Positions 42,072 to 52,851 of a stretch of 64,000 nucleotides of DNA are shown in pieces. The notes beneath the pieces were generated by a model. It was given only the letters and a program-made list of their open reading frames with translations. It was not told where the DNA came from and ran no database searches. A program made the position numbers and the translations under genes. The stretch spans positions 512,001-576,000 of the forward strand of contig OZ243956.1 of NCBI GenBank assembly GCA_965214405.1, read 5' to 3'. Source of the stretch: Trueperaceae bacterium (lineage in GTDB: Bacteria; Deinococcota; Deinococci; Deinococcales; Trueperaceae). How positions within the stretch are numbered: position 1 is the first letter of the stretch; each line of letters starts with the position of its first letter.

Positions 42072-42614
42072 ATGCCAAGACAAAAGGTTCCAAGTTTAGA
42101 AGTGCCAACCGTCGGCGGCGGAACGTGGGATTTAGCTTCGAGAACGCCCGAGCATTTCACGCTCGTCGTCTTCTACCGGGGTCTCCACTGCCCCGTCTGC
42201 GCGACGTATTTGGGCGACCTGGAGAAAAAGCTGGGTGAGTTCGAGAAGCGCGGCGTGGACGTTGTCGCTGTCAGCAGTGACACGCAGGAGCGGGCGGAAG
42301 AGGCCAAAGAAGCGTGGGGGCTTGACCATCTCACGGTGGGCTACGGCTTGACTCTTAATAAGGCGCGCGAGTGGGGGCTTTACATCTCCTCGAGCCGCGG
42401 CAAAACGTCTACCGGGGTGCTCGAGCCCGAGCTCTTTAGCGAGCCCGCGCTCTACTTGGTCCGGCCCGACGGCACGCTCTACTTCGGCTCCGTCCAGACG
42501 ATGCCCTTTGCGCGGCCCAACTTCCGCGAGGTCTTGGGCGCGCTCGACTTTGTGATTGCCAAAGACTACCCGGCTCGAGGCGAGGTTGTGGATTACGAGG
42601 CGGTGGGGGCGTAA
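42072..42614 (+). CDS. AhpC/TSA-family peroxiredoxin-like redoxin
   Basis: FYRGLHCPVC, FSEPALYLVRPDG, QTMPFARP, YPARGE; start uncertain. Confidence 0.85.
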   Translation: MPRQKVPSLEVPTVGGGTWDLASRTPEHFTLVVFYRGLHCPVCATYLGDLEKKLGEFEKRGVDVVAVSSDTQERAEEAKEAWGLDHLTVGYGLTLNKAREWGLYISSSRGKTSTGVLEPELFSEPALYLVRPDGTLYFGSVQTMPFARPNFREVLGALDFVIAKDYPARGEVVDYEAVGA

Positions 42615-42636
42615 GCACCCTCTAACTCAAACCTAC

Positions 42637-43875
<1,239 letters not shown>

Positions 43876-44031
43876 TGCCCCAGTGTACTGAATGGACGTC
43901 AGGAAGGTGTGATCTTCGCCGACTTTCGCTTGGTGAAAGCTTGCCGCGACACCTCCGCTTTGGCGCTTGCTCTATCCAAGCATCAGCGTTCTGAGGTGCG
44001 GCGCACCGCAAAGGTTTAGCCGTTGTCAGCG

Positions 44032-44802
44032 TTACTCTCCTCTAAAACGCGGCGGGCGCTTTTCTGAAAATGCGCCGATACCCTCGAGCACGTCGGCGGT
44101 TCCGCTGGCTTGAGCTTGGAGGGTGGCCTCGAGCGCCAGTTGCCCTTCCAAGTCGTTATGCGGCGACGCGTTGAGCTGTTCCTTAACAAGCGCGAACGAG
44201 CGCGTCGGCCCCGCCGCGAGTTCCTTAATGAACGCCCACGCGGCCTCCGCAAAGCCGTCGGCAGGGAGCAGCGTCTCCCCCAGCCCGAGCGCCAGCGCCT
44301 CCTCCGCGCCCACCCTGCGCCCGCTGTAGGCGAGTTCGAAAGCCCTGGCCCGCCCCACCAGACGCGGCAAAAAGTAACTCGCCGAGGCGTCCATCACCAG
44401 ACCGATGCGGGTAAAGCCCACCGCAAAAGAGGCGTTGGCCGAGAGTAAGCGCAGGTCGCAGGCGAGCGCCAGACTCATCCCCGCCCCCGCCGCCACGCCG
44501 TTTACCGCGGCGACGACAGGTTTGGGCATCGTCGCTAAGGCGTGCGCCACGGGGTTGTAATAGGTCTCGATAATGTCTTTTGTACTGGAACCGAGACTCG
44601 TGCTGCCGAGGTCGGCCCCCGCGCAAAAGCCGCGGCCCGCGCCCGTAAGAAGCACGGCGCGCACGTTTTTATCGTCCGCGGCCTCCCGCAAGGCGTCGCG
44701 GAGTTCGCCCAGCAGCTCGAGCGAGAGCGCGTTGAGCACGTCGGGCCGGTTGAGGGTGATTTTTAAGGCGTTCGCGTCACGGGAGAGTTCTATGTGATTC
44801 AT
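44032..44802 (-). CDS. Enoyl-CoA hydratase/isomerase family (PaaG-like)
   Basis: FCAGADL, AVNGVAAGAG, ALACD. Confidence 0.88.
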   Translation of the reverse strand: MNHIELSRDANALKITLNRPDVLNALSLELLGELRDALREAADDKNVRAVLLTGAGRGFCAGADLGSTSLGSSTKDIIETYYNPVAHALATMPKPVVAAVNGVAAGAGMSLALACDLRLLSANASFAVGFTRIGLVMDASASYFLPRLVGRARAFELAYSGRRVGAEEALALGLGETLLPADGFAEAAWAFIKELAAGPTRSFALVKEQLNASPHNDLEGQLALEATLQAQASGTADVLEGIGAFSEKRPPRFRGE

Positions 44803-44810
44803 GCCCCAGC

Positions 44811-45149
44811 TTACCCCAGCTCGGGAGACCCGCTAAGCGCGATGAGGAGGTCGTAGTCGTCGGGGGCCGCGGGGTCGTCGAGCGCCGCCCGGTTGCGCCG
44901 CGTCGCGCCGCAGCGGTCGCAACGGCTCACGATGATCCAGCCTTTTTTGCCCGAGTAGTCGACCGACATGGGCTCGAGCACCCCCCCGCAGTCCGACGCC
45001 CGGTCGCCGGGGTTGACGTCGACGTGCAGAGAACGCAGGCAAAAGGGGCAGTGGTTGCGGCACGAGCCGTTGGTTAGGGGCGGCACCTCGCGCCCGCAGT
45101 AGACGCAAACGAAGCCGGTATTTTTGCCCTGGACGGTAAAGCGGCGCAT
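44811..45149 (-). CDS. RNHCP-domain protein
   Basis: CVYC, RNHCPFCLRSLHVD..PGDR. Confidence 0.9.
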   Translation of the reverse strand: MRRFTVQGKNTGFVCVYCGREVPPLTNGSCRNHCPFCLRSLHVDVNPGDRASDCGGVLEPMSVDYSGKKGWIIVSRCDRCGATRRNRAALDDPAAPDDYDLLIALSGSPELG

Positions 45150-45504
45150 AAACAAGTTTATCCTGGGGCTGCCGCGGGGTGTGGAGACACCACACCGAGG
45201 CCGGGGTTGCTGCACGCAAAAACCGAGAAGTAAAGCGTAAAAAGGTTGCGAAGACTTACCTGCGTTTCAAGGTCAAAGGCTGGTCTCAAAGGGCACATGT
45301 CAATACAACCCAGGCGGCAAAAAGTTCTTGCGCCAGGGGCGCAAGAACGCGTCTTAACACTTCTTACAATATCTTGTTGTGAAATTTCTTTTCGGTGTAA
45401 GGTTGGTAAGGTCTCGAGCCCTCATGAACCTGTCGCCACGTAAACTACCCCACACAGCGGCCTCCTATAAGAATTTTGTAAGAGTTCGTTCCCTAGACTG
45501 GCGC

Positions 45505-47157
45505 ATGGTTCCTTACCGCTGGCCTAAACTCGTCATTCTCATAAGCTGGACGGTGTACGCGCTCGTTTTTCCGTCCCTGTTCAAGGTTCTTTCGGGCGAG
45601 GCGGTGGCGCTGGTCGTCTTGCCGATGATTATTACGGCCGCGGTCGGCGGCCTCTGGTGGGGGCTCGCGGCGGGCGGTATCGCATTTGTGCTCAACCAGA
45701 CGCTTCTGTTCGCCCTCGGCGGCCTCCCGGCCAACTGGCTGCCCGTCAACTTGCCCGACTTGGTCGTGAGCGTGTTTATCGGCGGGGTGGTGGGTTACTT
45801 GCGCGACGTGCGGCTCAGGCTTATTTTTTACGCGCAGCACGACGCGCTCACGGGGCTTCACAACCGCGCGGCCTTTACCGCGCGGTTGGAAAGGGCGCTC
45901 GCGCGCACCCCGGCGCAGAGCACCACCTCGCTCCTATTTATCGACCTAGACGGGTTCAAGCTCGTGAACGACAAGCACGGCCACGCGGTGGGCGACGCGC
46001 TTCTGCGCGAGGTGGCGGAGCGGCTTAAAGAGCGGGTGCGCCGCGGCGATCTGGTCGGCAGGCTCGGGGGTGACGAGTTTACGGTGCTGTTAACCAACAT
46101 CGCCAAGCCCGAGCACAGCGCAGACGTGGCAGATAAACTTTTAGACGCGCTCACGACGCCCTTTAAGGTGGATAACAAAACACTCAGCATCGGGGCCAGC
46201 ATCGGCGTGGCGCATTATCCTTTACATGCGGGAGACGCCGACACGCTCATCCAGTGCGCGGACAGCGCGATGTATAGAGCTAAATACGGCGGCAAAAACC
46301 ACTGCCAGATTTTTGACGGCGCGGCCCCGGTTCCGGCCTACGGGCGCACCGAGGCGCAGCTACGCGACGCGCTCGAGCGCGAAGAATTTAAGCTCTACTA
46401 CCAGCCGCAACTGAGTCTTCACAGCGGACGCGTCGAGGGCGTGGAGGCGCTCGTGCGCTGGGAGCACCCCGAACGCGGCCTCGTCTCGCCGGGCGAGTTT
46501 ATCCCGGTGGCCGAGCGAACGGGCCTCATCGTTCCTTTGGGCACCTGGGTCTTGCGCGAGGCCTGCCGTCAGGCCAAGGCCTGGGAAATCGCGGGCTTCG
46601 CGCCGACGCGCATGGCCGTGAACGTGTCCGCGGCGCAGTTTGCCCAGAGCGACTTTGTCGCCTCGGTGGCTGGGTGTTTATCGGACACCGGCCTAGAGGC
46701 GCGCTGGCTCGAGCTAGAAATTACCGAGAGCCTGCTCATGCAAGACGTCGAGGGCGCGGTCACGGCGCTTCACCGGCTGCGCGCGTTGGGGGTTCACGTC
46801 GCCATCGACGACTTCGGCACGGGCTACTCGTCGCTCGCCTACCTCCAAAAACTGCCCATCCAAAGGCTCAAAATCGACCGCTCCTTTTTATTCTCCTTGG
46901 GAAGCGCGCCGCGTAACCCCTCCGAGGCCGCGATCCTGACCGCCATCACCAATTTGGCTCACAACTTGGGCAAACAAGTGGTCGCCGAGGGCGTCGAGAC
47001 GCCCGCGCAAAAACGCTTTTTAGAGGAAATCGGCTGCGACACCGCGCAGGGCTTCCTTTTCGCCAAGCCGCTGCCCGTCTCACAAGTGGAGCGCTTGTTG
47101 GAGCGCCAGGGAAGTCCAACCTCGACCGGGCACGAGGCGAGGCTGTCCGTCAACTAG
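45505..47157 (+). CDS. Membrane-anchored GGDEF-EAL c-di-GMP enzyme
   Basis: HDALTGL, RLGGDEF, VEALVRW, DDFGTGYSS; TAGACT 5 nt before ATG 45505. Confidence 0.92.
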   Translation: MVPYRWPKLVILISWTVYALVFPSLFKVLSGEAVALVVLPMIITAAVGGLWWGLAAGGIAFVLNQTLLFALGGLPANWLPVNLPDLVVSVFIGGVVGYLRDVRLRLIFYAQHDALTGLHNRAAFTARLERALARTPAQSTTSLLFIDLDGFKLVNDKHGHAVGDALLREVAERLKERVRRGDLVGRLGGDEFTVLLTNIAKPEHSADVADKLLDALTTPFKVDNKTLSIGASIGVAHYPLHAGDADTLIQCADSAMYRAKYGGKNHCQIFDGAAPVPAYGRTEAQLRDALEREEFKLYYQPQLSLHSGRVEGVEALVRWEHPERGLVSPGEFIPVAERTGLIVPLGTWVLREACRQAKAWEIAGFAPTRMAVNVSAAQFAQSDFVASVAGCLSDTGLEARWLELEITESLLMQDVEGAVTALHRLRALGVHVAIDDFGTGYSSLAYLQKLPIQRLKIDRSFLFSLGSAPRNPSEAAILTAITNLAHNLGKQVVAEGVETPAQKRFLEEIGCDTAQGFLFAKPLPVSQVERLLERQGSPTSTGHEARLSVN

Positions 47158-47268
47158 TCCGTCAACTAGGCTCCAGGCAAGGTGAGGCCTCACCCAGCAG
47201 AGAGCAGTTCAAGCGCCTCTCAGGACGGATGACCGGCTCATAGACGTGGCTGACTAACTCAAGCCACG

Positions 47269-48231
47269 CTACTTTGGCTCGAGCCCCAGCAGCACAAACC
47301 CAGCGCGCGCGGGGTCACTAAGATTTCCTGTGACGACGACCTTCCCGTCTTCGAGCGCCACTTCCGTCTTTCCCTGTTGGATGTTGCTACCCGTGTCAAA
47401 AAGAAAAGAAACGCTAAACGAGCGGCTGTCACCGAGGAGTTCGGTCACGGAACCCAGGGTGACGGAAAACCTTCCCTGCCTGTTCGCCCCCTGCGGCGGG
47501 ACGTCCAGCGCGAACATGTTGGGGGCGCGCGCGGCCAAGGTCTGGGCGAGGCGCTGCTCGAGCTTAGGAATCCGCTCGTGATTCGCGTCGGCGGCGCTCA
47601 AGTCAGGACTGTTACGCTTGCACGCGCTCGCGCGCCAGTCTTCCCTTTTCATCGCATTGAGCAAAAGCTGACCGTGGAGCAGTTCGTGGTAGACAAGCGT
47701 CTGATTCGAAAGCTCGCCCAACGGTCCCTGCGGCTCGGCGAGCGCCTTGGGGTCAAAAAGGAGCGCGTTGGAAAACACCATCTCTTTCTCGCTCGTTTGC
47801 GCGCCCGTGCGGGTACGAATCGCGCCGTCCCACAAGTAAGCCCCCGACTCCCCACCCGTCCCCCGCCCCGACGCCTGCGCTTCTACCGCCGCGGGGTCCC
47901 ACGCCTTGAGCGTCGTCGTGACGCTCACCGAAACCCGCGCCACGGGGTCACCCTGGGCGCACTCAAAAGAAAAGGTCACGGGTTGGGAAAGACTTTTGAC
48001 CACGCCCTCTACCCCCTCCGGCAACGCCACGCTCTGAAGCTCAGCCAGCGTTTTCTGAAAGAGAGCGCGCTGAGGGCTGCTGGACCCTAAGGTCTGGAGG
48101 TCGGGCTGGGCGAAGCCAAAACTTGCGAGTGTTACGAGGATAAAAACGGAGAAAGCTCTAGAAAAAATAGTGCTCAAGAAAAACCTTTCGTTAACGCCGT
48201 CTCGAGCCGTAAAGCAAGTAGACCGCGCCAA
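47269..48231 (-). CDS. Secreted hypothetical protein with an HExxH motif
   Basis: Signal-like segment ending GFA-Q; LVYHELLHG; start uncertain. Confidence 0.6.
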   Translation of the reverse strand: MARSTCFTARDGVNERFFLSTIFSRAFSVFILVTLASFGFAQPDLQTLGSSSPQRALFQKTLAELQSVALPEGVEGVVKSLSQPVTFSFECAQGDPVARVSVSVTTTLKAWDPAAVEAQASGRGTGGESGAYLWDGAIRTRTGAQTSEKEMVFSNALLFDPKALAEPQGPLGELSNQTLVYHELLHGQLLLNAMKREDWRASACKRNSPDLSAADANHERIPKLEQRLAQTLAARAPNMFALDVPPQGANRQGRFSVTLGSVTELLGDSRSFSVSFLFDTGSNIQQGKTEVALEDGKVVVTGNLSDPARAGFVLLGLEPK

Positions 48232-48514
48232 AAAAGAGCCCGCCGCCGATCACCGTCACCGCGAGGAGGCGTAAGGGGTCCAGCGAGGGCTCAGCAAGAT
48301 AGAGAACAACATTGGCAAAAGACCAGGTGGCCGGGTCCGAGGGAAAAAGCAGCCACGCGACCGCGAGCGTCAGGGGAAAAGAGAGCCACGCAAGCCACGA
48401 GGGAAGGCGGGGCGCGCGCTCATCCGCGTGTTCTGCCATTTGCTCCGCGCGGCGCGACACCACCAAACACGCCACGATGAAGAGTACAAAAGCTGCGCCA
48501 AAGCTCGTTTCCAC
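48191..48514 (-). CDS. Small membrane protein
   Basis: 3 hydrophobic segments; SD GGAGGA. Confidence 0.6.
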   Translation of the reverse strand: METSFGAAFVLFIVACLVVSRRAEQMAEHADERAPRLPSWLAWLSFPLTLAVAWLLFPSDPATWSFANVVLYLAEPSLDPLRLLAVTVIGGGLFFGAVYLLYGSRRR

Positions 48515-48712
48515 AGGGTCTCCTCCAGCACCTACCCGCAGGCTTAGCGTACCCCCTTGGGAGCGCTGACAACTGTTTTTGGTCTAACGTTTTTGGTTTG
48601 ACGGCTTATTTATTTCGCGCGAGGAGAACGCCGCAAGGGGTAAAACGAGAGGTTGCAACCCCTTTTATGTGAGTGACACCATCTCTGAAAGACACTGTTC
48701 TCGTACGCTCGT

Positions 48713-49849
48713 TTAGGAGGTTGAAGCTTCCTCCGCGCGTTTTTGGGTGGAGGACACGTCGCGGCGAAAGCTTAGCGGCGCGATCTCCTCAAAAAGGCCG
48801 TCGGGCGCGGCGGAAAGCTCCAAATCACGCAACGTCGTGAAGCGTCCGTCGTAGTGACGCCCGGCGACCAGAAAGCGGCAACCCGCCGCGCGTAATTCGC
48901 CTAATGCGCGCCGCATCTGGGCCTCACCACCGTAAAATTCGGGCCGCACGAGCCGCGCCGCCGTGTCCGCGCCCACGACAAACACGCCGCCCGGAAAGAG
49001 CGTCGCTTTTTGGCTAAAGAGCGGCGCGCGCGTGAGGACCACCGTCGCCAGTCCCGCGAACTGCGCGGCGCGGCGTTCCGCCTCGGTGGGCTTTAAGGGC
49101 GCTTTGTCCGCGTTGACGAGGGGCAGCTCGAACAAGACGTGCCGCCCCAGCACCCCGCTCGCCACCTCGGCCAGCTCGAGGTGACCCTCGTGGAGCGGGT
49201 TAAAAGAACCTGATAAAATCGCGGCACCTGGTTTTACGCCCGTCTCGAGCCTGCCGTCAGGCGTCACGGCGAGCAGGTCTATTTCACCCACCTCGAGCCT
49301 ACGCAGCGCCTCGGCGGGCGCGAATCTCTCCTTTACCCTCTCACCCTCAACCAGCGGAAGGGCGGGCGCGTTCACGCCGCACGCTCGAGCCACCGCCGCA
49401 AGAATGAGGCTCGAGACGACGCTCTCCTCCTCACCCCTCGTCCTCAGCCCCTTGGTCAAAACCAGGGTATAGGAGGTGGTGCCGAGCACGCTCCGCAGCG
49501 CCACACAAGCCCGGTGTTCGCCGCGCTTCGTACGGTCGGTGGCGATGGCCGCGGTGCACCCCACACCCGCGACCGGCTCGGCGGGGGCCAGACGCCGCGC
49601 TCTCGCGTAGGCCCGCGCCGCCAGCGCCTCGGCCACTTCGGGAGACGCAAAACTTTGAGGGGTAAACCCCACAGCCTCAACGAGAGAGGCCGCCGCGTAA
49701 CGGTCAGTCGCCTCGAGAACGGTCCGCGACGACCCCCCGACGCCGTGCAACCACGCGAGGGCCAAAGAGCCCGCGCCCGCAAACTCGAGCACCACCTTGG
49801 GCGGCGCCGCATGAACGGCGGTAACAGTTTTCTCTATAGCCGAATCCAC
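48713..49849 (-). CDS. CinA-C-like plus HxGH nucleotidyltransferase fusion
   Basis: GGSSRTVLEA...SPEVAEALA...KRGEHR; GSFNPLHEGH; VVGADT; DVSST. Confidence 0.75.
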   Translation of the reverse strand: MDSAIEKTVTAVHAAPPKVVLEFAGAGSLALAWLHGVGGSSRTVLEATDRYAAASLVEAVGFTPQSFASPEVAEALAARAYARARRLAPAEPVAGVGCTAAIATDRTKRGEHRACVALRSVLGTTSYTLVLTKGLRTRGEEESVVSSLILAAVARACGVNAPALPLVEGERVKERFAPAEALRRLEVGEIDLLAVTPDGRLETGVKPGAAILSGSFNPLHEGHLELAEVASGVLGRHVLFELPLVNADKAPLKPTEAERRAAQFAGLATVVLTRAPLFSQKATLFPGGVFVVGADTAARLVRPEFYGGEAQMRRALGELRAAGCRFLVAGRHYDGRFTTLRDLELSAAPDGLFEEIAPLSFRRDVSSTQKRAEEASTS

Positions 49850-49881
49850 AGCGACAGGGTACCTTACACCTTTCTCTTTCG

Positions 49882-50116
49882 CTACAAGCGTTCGGCCAAA
49901 GCTTCTCTATTAAGTTCGCAATCTCGGAGAATTTTGGATAAAACACCAGGTCCGATGGTTTCACCTTTATGGACGGGAATGACCATGAGCGACAACCTGG
50001 GTTCGACCGTCCGTGTGACGCAGAAAGTGGTGGCTGCCTTTCGTTCGCACAACCTCAAGACCCGCTTTGCGAAGTGCCGACAAAGGCTCCCATCTCGTTA
50101 AACTTGGAAGCTTCAT
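49882..50116 (-). pseudogene. hicA: HicA toxin, frameshifted
   Basis: MKLPSLT...KGSHHFLRHTDGRT then VIPVHKGETIGPGVLSKILRDCEL in another frame; 235 nt is not a multiple of 3. Confidence 0.85.
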
Positions 50117-50328
50117 ACATCAACGGCAAGTCTCCTAATCCCCATAAACTGGTTGGCCTCATCTTGTGGCTCCTCGACCTCGAGGCAAAGTTCAACAGCC
50201 TCTCGCACACGCTCCATAAGCGCGTCAAGTGATCTAGCCTGCGTGTAGCAACTTTTAAGGGCGGGAACGGTCGCAATATAATACCCTTCCGCATCCCTTT
50301 CAATCACAACGTCAAACTCTCTTTTCAT
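50113..50328 (-). CDS. hicB: HicB-family antitoxin
   Basis: VVIERDAEGYYIATVPALKSCYTQARSLDALMERVREAVELCL. Confidence 0.88.
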   Translation of the reverse strand: MKREFDVVIERDAEGYYIATVPALKSCYTQARSLDALMERVREAVELCLEVEEPQDEANQFMGIRRLAVDV

Positions 50329-50346
50329 ACGTCTCCTCTAGTCAAT

Positions 50347-51201
50347 TTAGGCACGCTGCGGCCCTATCTCCTCGAGCACCACCCTCTCCCCATACGTCCG
50401 CGTCGGCGGCAGCGTGTAGGGTTCTTTACGTGGAGGCAGCCAGCGCAGGACTCTGGCCCTCAGCCGTAAGCCGCCTCTGACAAGCGCCCGCACGAGCCGG
50501 GGCGGTTGGGAGAAGCCGAACGCCCCCAGCATCGCCTCGTCCATCACCGCGTAAACGAAGGGTCGCCCGAAGCGCCATAAAGATTGGGGCAAAATCCAGC
50601 TCAGAAAAAGGTCGCGCGTCGCCTCGGCCAGGCGTTGATTGTGGGGGCTGTAGGCGAAATGCTCGAGCTCATACGTTCGGTTAAACCTTTCAAAGGCATC
50701 ATAACTCTCCGGCAGACCCTTGAGCCCCATAAGCCGCCCCACCTCGCGCCAAAAACAGAATGAAGCCGCCTTTTCCCGCTCGCTCAGGGGCCGCCAGCCG
50801 TACGCGGCGTTCCAGCGGATGGGCTCGAAGGTGAAGGTCGAGAGCACGTAGAGAAATTCGTCGTTGGGGATGGGGTAACGCGCGTGAATCTGGTTCATAC
50901 GCCGGATGGCGCGCCGACCCTCCGGGCTGCTGTGCCCGTAAAAGCCGATGGTGCTCATCAGAATCGTGGTGTCGTCGTAACGTTTCTGGGCGCGCTTGGT
51001 GAATTCTTCGGTGCTGACCAAAAGTTCGGAGCTTTTGGGCACGGCAAAGGTGCGCAAAAGCGCGAGTTCCAAGGCCCGCTGCGTGTCCCACGGAAAATCG
51101 AAAGTCGAGCTTAAAAAAGCGATGCGCTCGTGATCGTGTTGGGCGTCAAGCTTTTCTATCTCACGCAGAACACGATATCTGGACCCACGCCGGTTGAACA
51201 T
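50347..51201 (-). CDS. MpaB/rubber-oxygenase-like (DUF2236) protein
   Basis: [31 protein letters not shown]. Confidence 0.8.
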   Translation of the reverse strand: MFNRRGSRYRVLREIEKLDAQHDHERIAFLSSTFDFPWDTQRALELALLRTFAVPKSSELLVSTEEFTKRAQKRYDDTTILMSTIGFYGHSSPEGRRAIRRMNQIHARYPIPNDEFLYVLSTFTFEPIRWNAAYGWRPLSEREKAASFCFWREVGRLMGLKGLPESYDAFERFNRTYELEHFAYSPHNQRLAEATRDLFLSWILPQSLWRFGRPFVYAVMDEAMLGAFGFSQPPRLVRALVRGGLRLRARVLRWLPPRKEPYTLPPTRTYGERVVLEEIGPQRA

Positions 51202-51293
51202 TCCTTGAGCTTAGCAAGCAGGCGCGCAGCTTCACGTATACTGTGGCAAATGCTGTACGGTTTAGAAACTCTTTTGTCAGTAGCGGAGGTCTG

Positions 51294-52781
51294 ATGTCGT
51301 TTATCCTCTCCCTGGACCAGGGAACCACAAGCTCGAGGGCGCTCCTTTTTGACGAGGCCGGAAAAATCGTCGGAAGCGCGCAGAGGGAATTCGAGGGGCT
51401 TTTTCCCCGCCCCGGCTGGGTCGAGCACCGGCCCGGCGACATCTGGGCGAGTCAGGCGGATGTCGCCAAAGAAGCGCTCGCCAACGCCGGGATTGCCACG
51501 TCTGAGCTTGCGGCGGTGGGCGTGACCAATCAGCGCGAAACGACGCTGGTGTGGGACCGCAAGACCGGCGAGCCCGTCTATAACGCAGTTGTCTGGCAAG
51601 ACCGGCGCACCGCGGCCTATATCGACAGGCTCAAGGCGGAGGGGTTAGAGGAGCTTTTTAGGGAAAAAACCGGGCTTGTCCTCGACGCTTACTTTTCGGC
51701 GAGCAAGCTTGTGTGGATTTTGGACCACGTCGAGGGGGTGCGCGGGAGGGCCGAGCGGGGCGAGTTGGCCTTTGGCACGGTGGACACCTGGCTCCTTTAC
51801 AAGCTCACGGGCGGTGAGGTTTTTGTGACCGACGTGAGCAACGCGAGCCGGACGATGATGTTTAACATCCGCACCTTGGAGTGGGACGACGAGATTTTGA
51901 AGATTCTGAAGATTCCCCGCGCCATGCTTCCTACCATCAAATCCTCCTCGGAAGTCTACGGTGAGACGGCGGCGGACATATTGGGAACACCTGTGCCCAT
52001 CGCGGGCGTGGCGGGCGACCAGCAGGCAGCGACCTTTGGGCAGGCGTGTTTTAGGGAGGGGCAGGGCAAAAACACCTACGGCACGGGGGCGTTTATGGTG
52101 CTCAATACGGGTGAGGAACCCGTCCCCTCGGCCAACAAGCTCCTCACCACGGTCGCCTGGCAAGTTGATGAGGCGGTGACGTACGCGCTCGAGGGCTCCA
52201 TCTTCGTGGCGGGCGCGGCGGTGCAGTGGCTGCGCGACGGGCTGGGCCTTATCCGCACGTCGGGGGAGGTCGAGGGATTGGCGGGGAGCGTGCCCGACAA
52301 CGGCGGCGTCTACTTGGTTCCCGCCTTTACGGGGCTCGGCGCGCCGCATTGGGACCCGTACGCGCGCGGGGCGCTCCTGGGGCTTACGCGCGGGAGCACG
52401 GCGGGGCACGTGGCGAGGGCGGCGCTCGAGGGTATCGCCTACCAAGTCCGCGACGTGATCCGGGCGATGGAACGCGACGGCGTCCCGCTCAAAGAATTGC
52501 GCGTCGACGGGGGCGCTTCAACCAACGATCTACTCATGCAGTTTCAGGCGGACCTTTTGGACGTGCCCGTCGTCCGGCCCGCGATTACCGAAACAACCGC
52601 GCTGGGGGCGGCGTATTTAGCGGGTCTCGCGGTGGGCTACTGGCGGGACAGAGAAGACATCGCCGCGCAGTGGTCGGAGGGAAAGCGGTTTGAGCCGCAG
52701 ATGGAGCGTGGGGCGCGTGACACACTCCTAGAAGGGTGGCAGCGCGCGCTGGGACGCAGTAAGGATTGGGCTACGGAGTAG
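51294..52781 (+). CDS. glpK: Glycerol kinase
   Basis: [36 protein letters not shown]. Confidence 0.96.
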   Translation: MSFILSLDQGTTSSRALLFDEAGKIVGSAQREFEGLFPRPGWVEHRPGDIWASQADVAKEALANAGIATSELAAVGVTNQRETTLVWDRKTGEPVYNAVVWQDRRTAAYIDRLKAEGLEELFREKTGLVLDAYFSASKLVWILDHVEGVRGRAERGELAFGTVDTWLLYKLTGGEVFVTDVSNASRTMMFNIRTLEWDDEILKILKIPRAMLPTIKSSSEVYGETAADILGTPVPIAGVAGDQQAATFGQACFREGQGKNTYGTGAFMVLNTGEEPVPSANKLLTTVAWQVDEAVTYALEGSIFVAGAAVQWLRDGLGLIRTSGEVEGLAGSVPDNGGVYLVPAFTGLGAPHWDPYARGALLGLTRGSTAGHVARAALEGIAYQVRDVIRAMERDGVPLKELRVDGGASTNDLLMQFQADLLDVPVVRPAITETTALGAAYLAGLAVGYWRDREDIAAQWSEGKRFEPQMERGARDTLLEGWQRALGRSKDWATE

Positions 52782-52851
52782 ATACAAAATAAATTGTGAT
52801 GCAAACGCTAAAGGGCGGCGTGAGGGTGAGGAGACGGATGAGGAGAGCTAA

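Noticed and set aside
48635..48668. GGTTGCAACC palindrome resembling the IS end or a REP
   Set aside because: Single short copy with no partner IR or target duplication.
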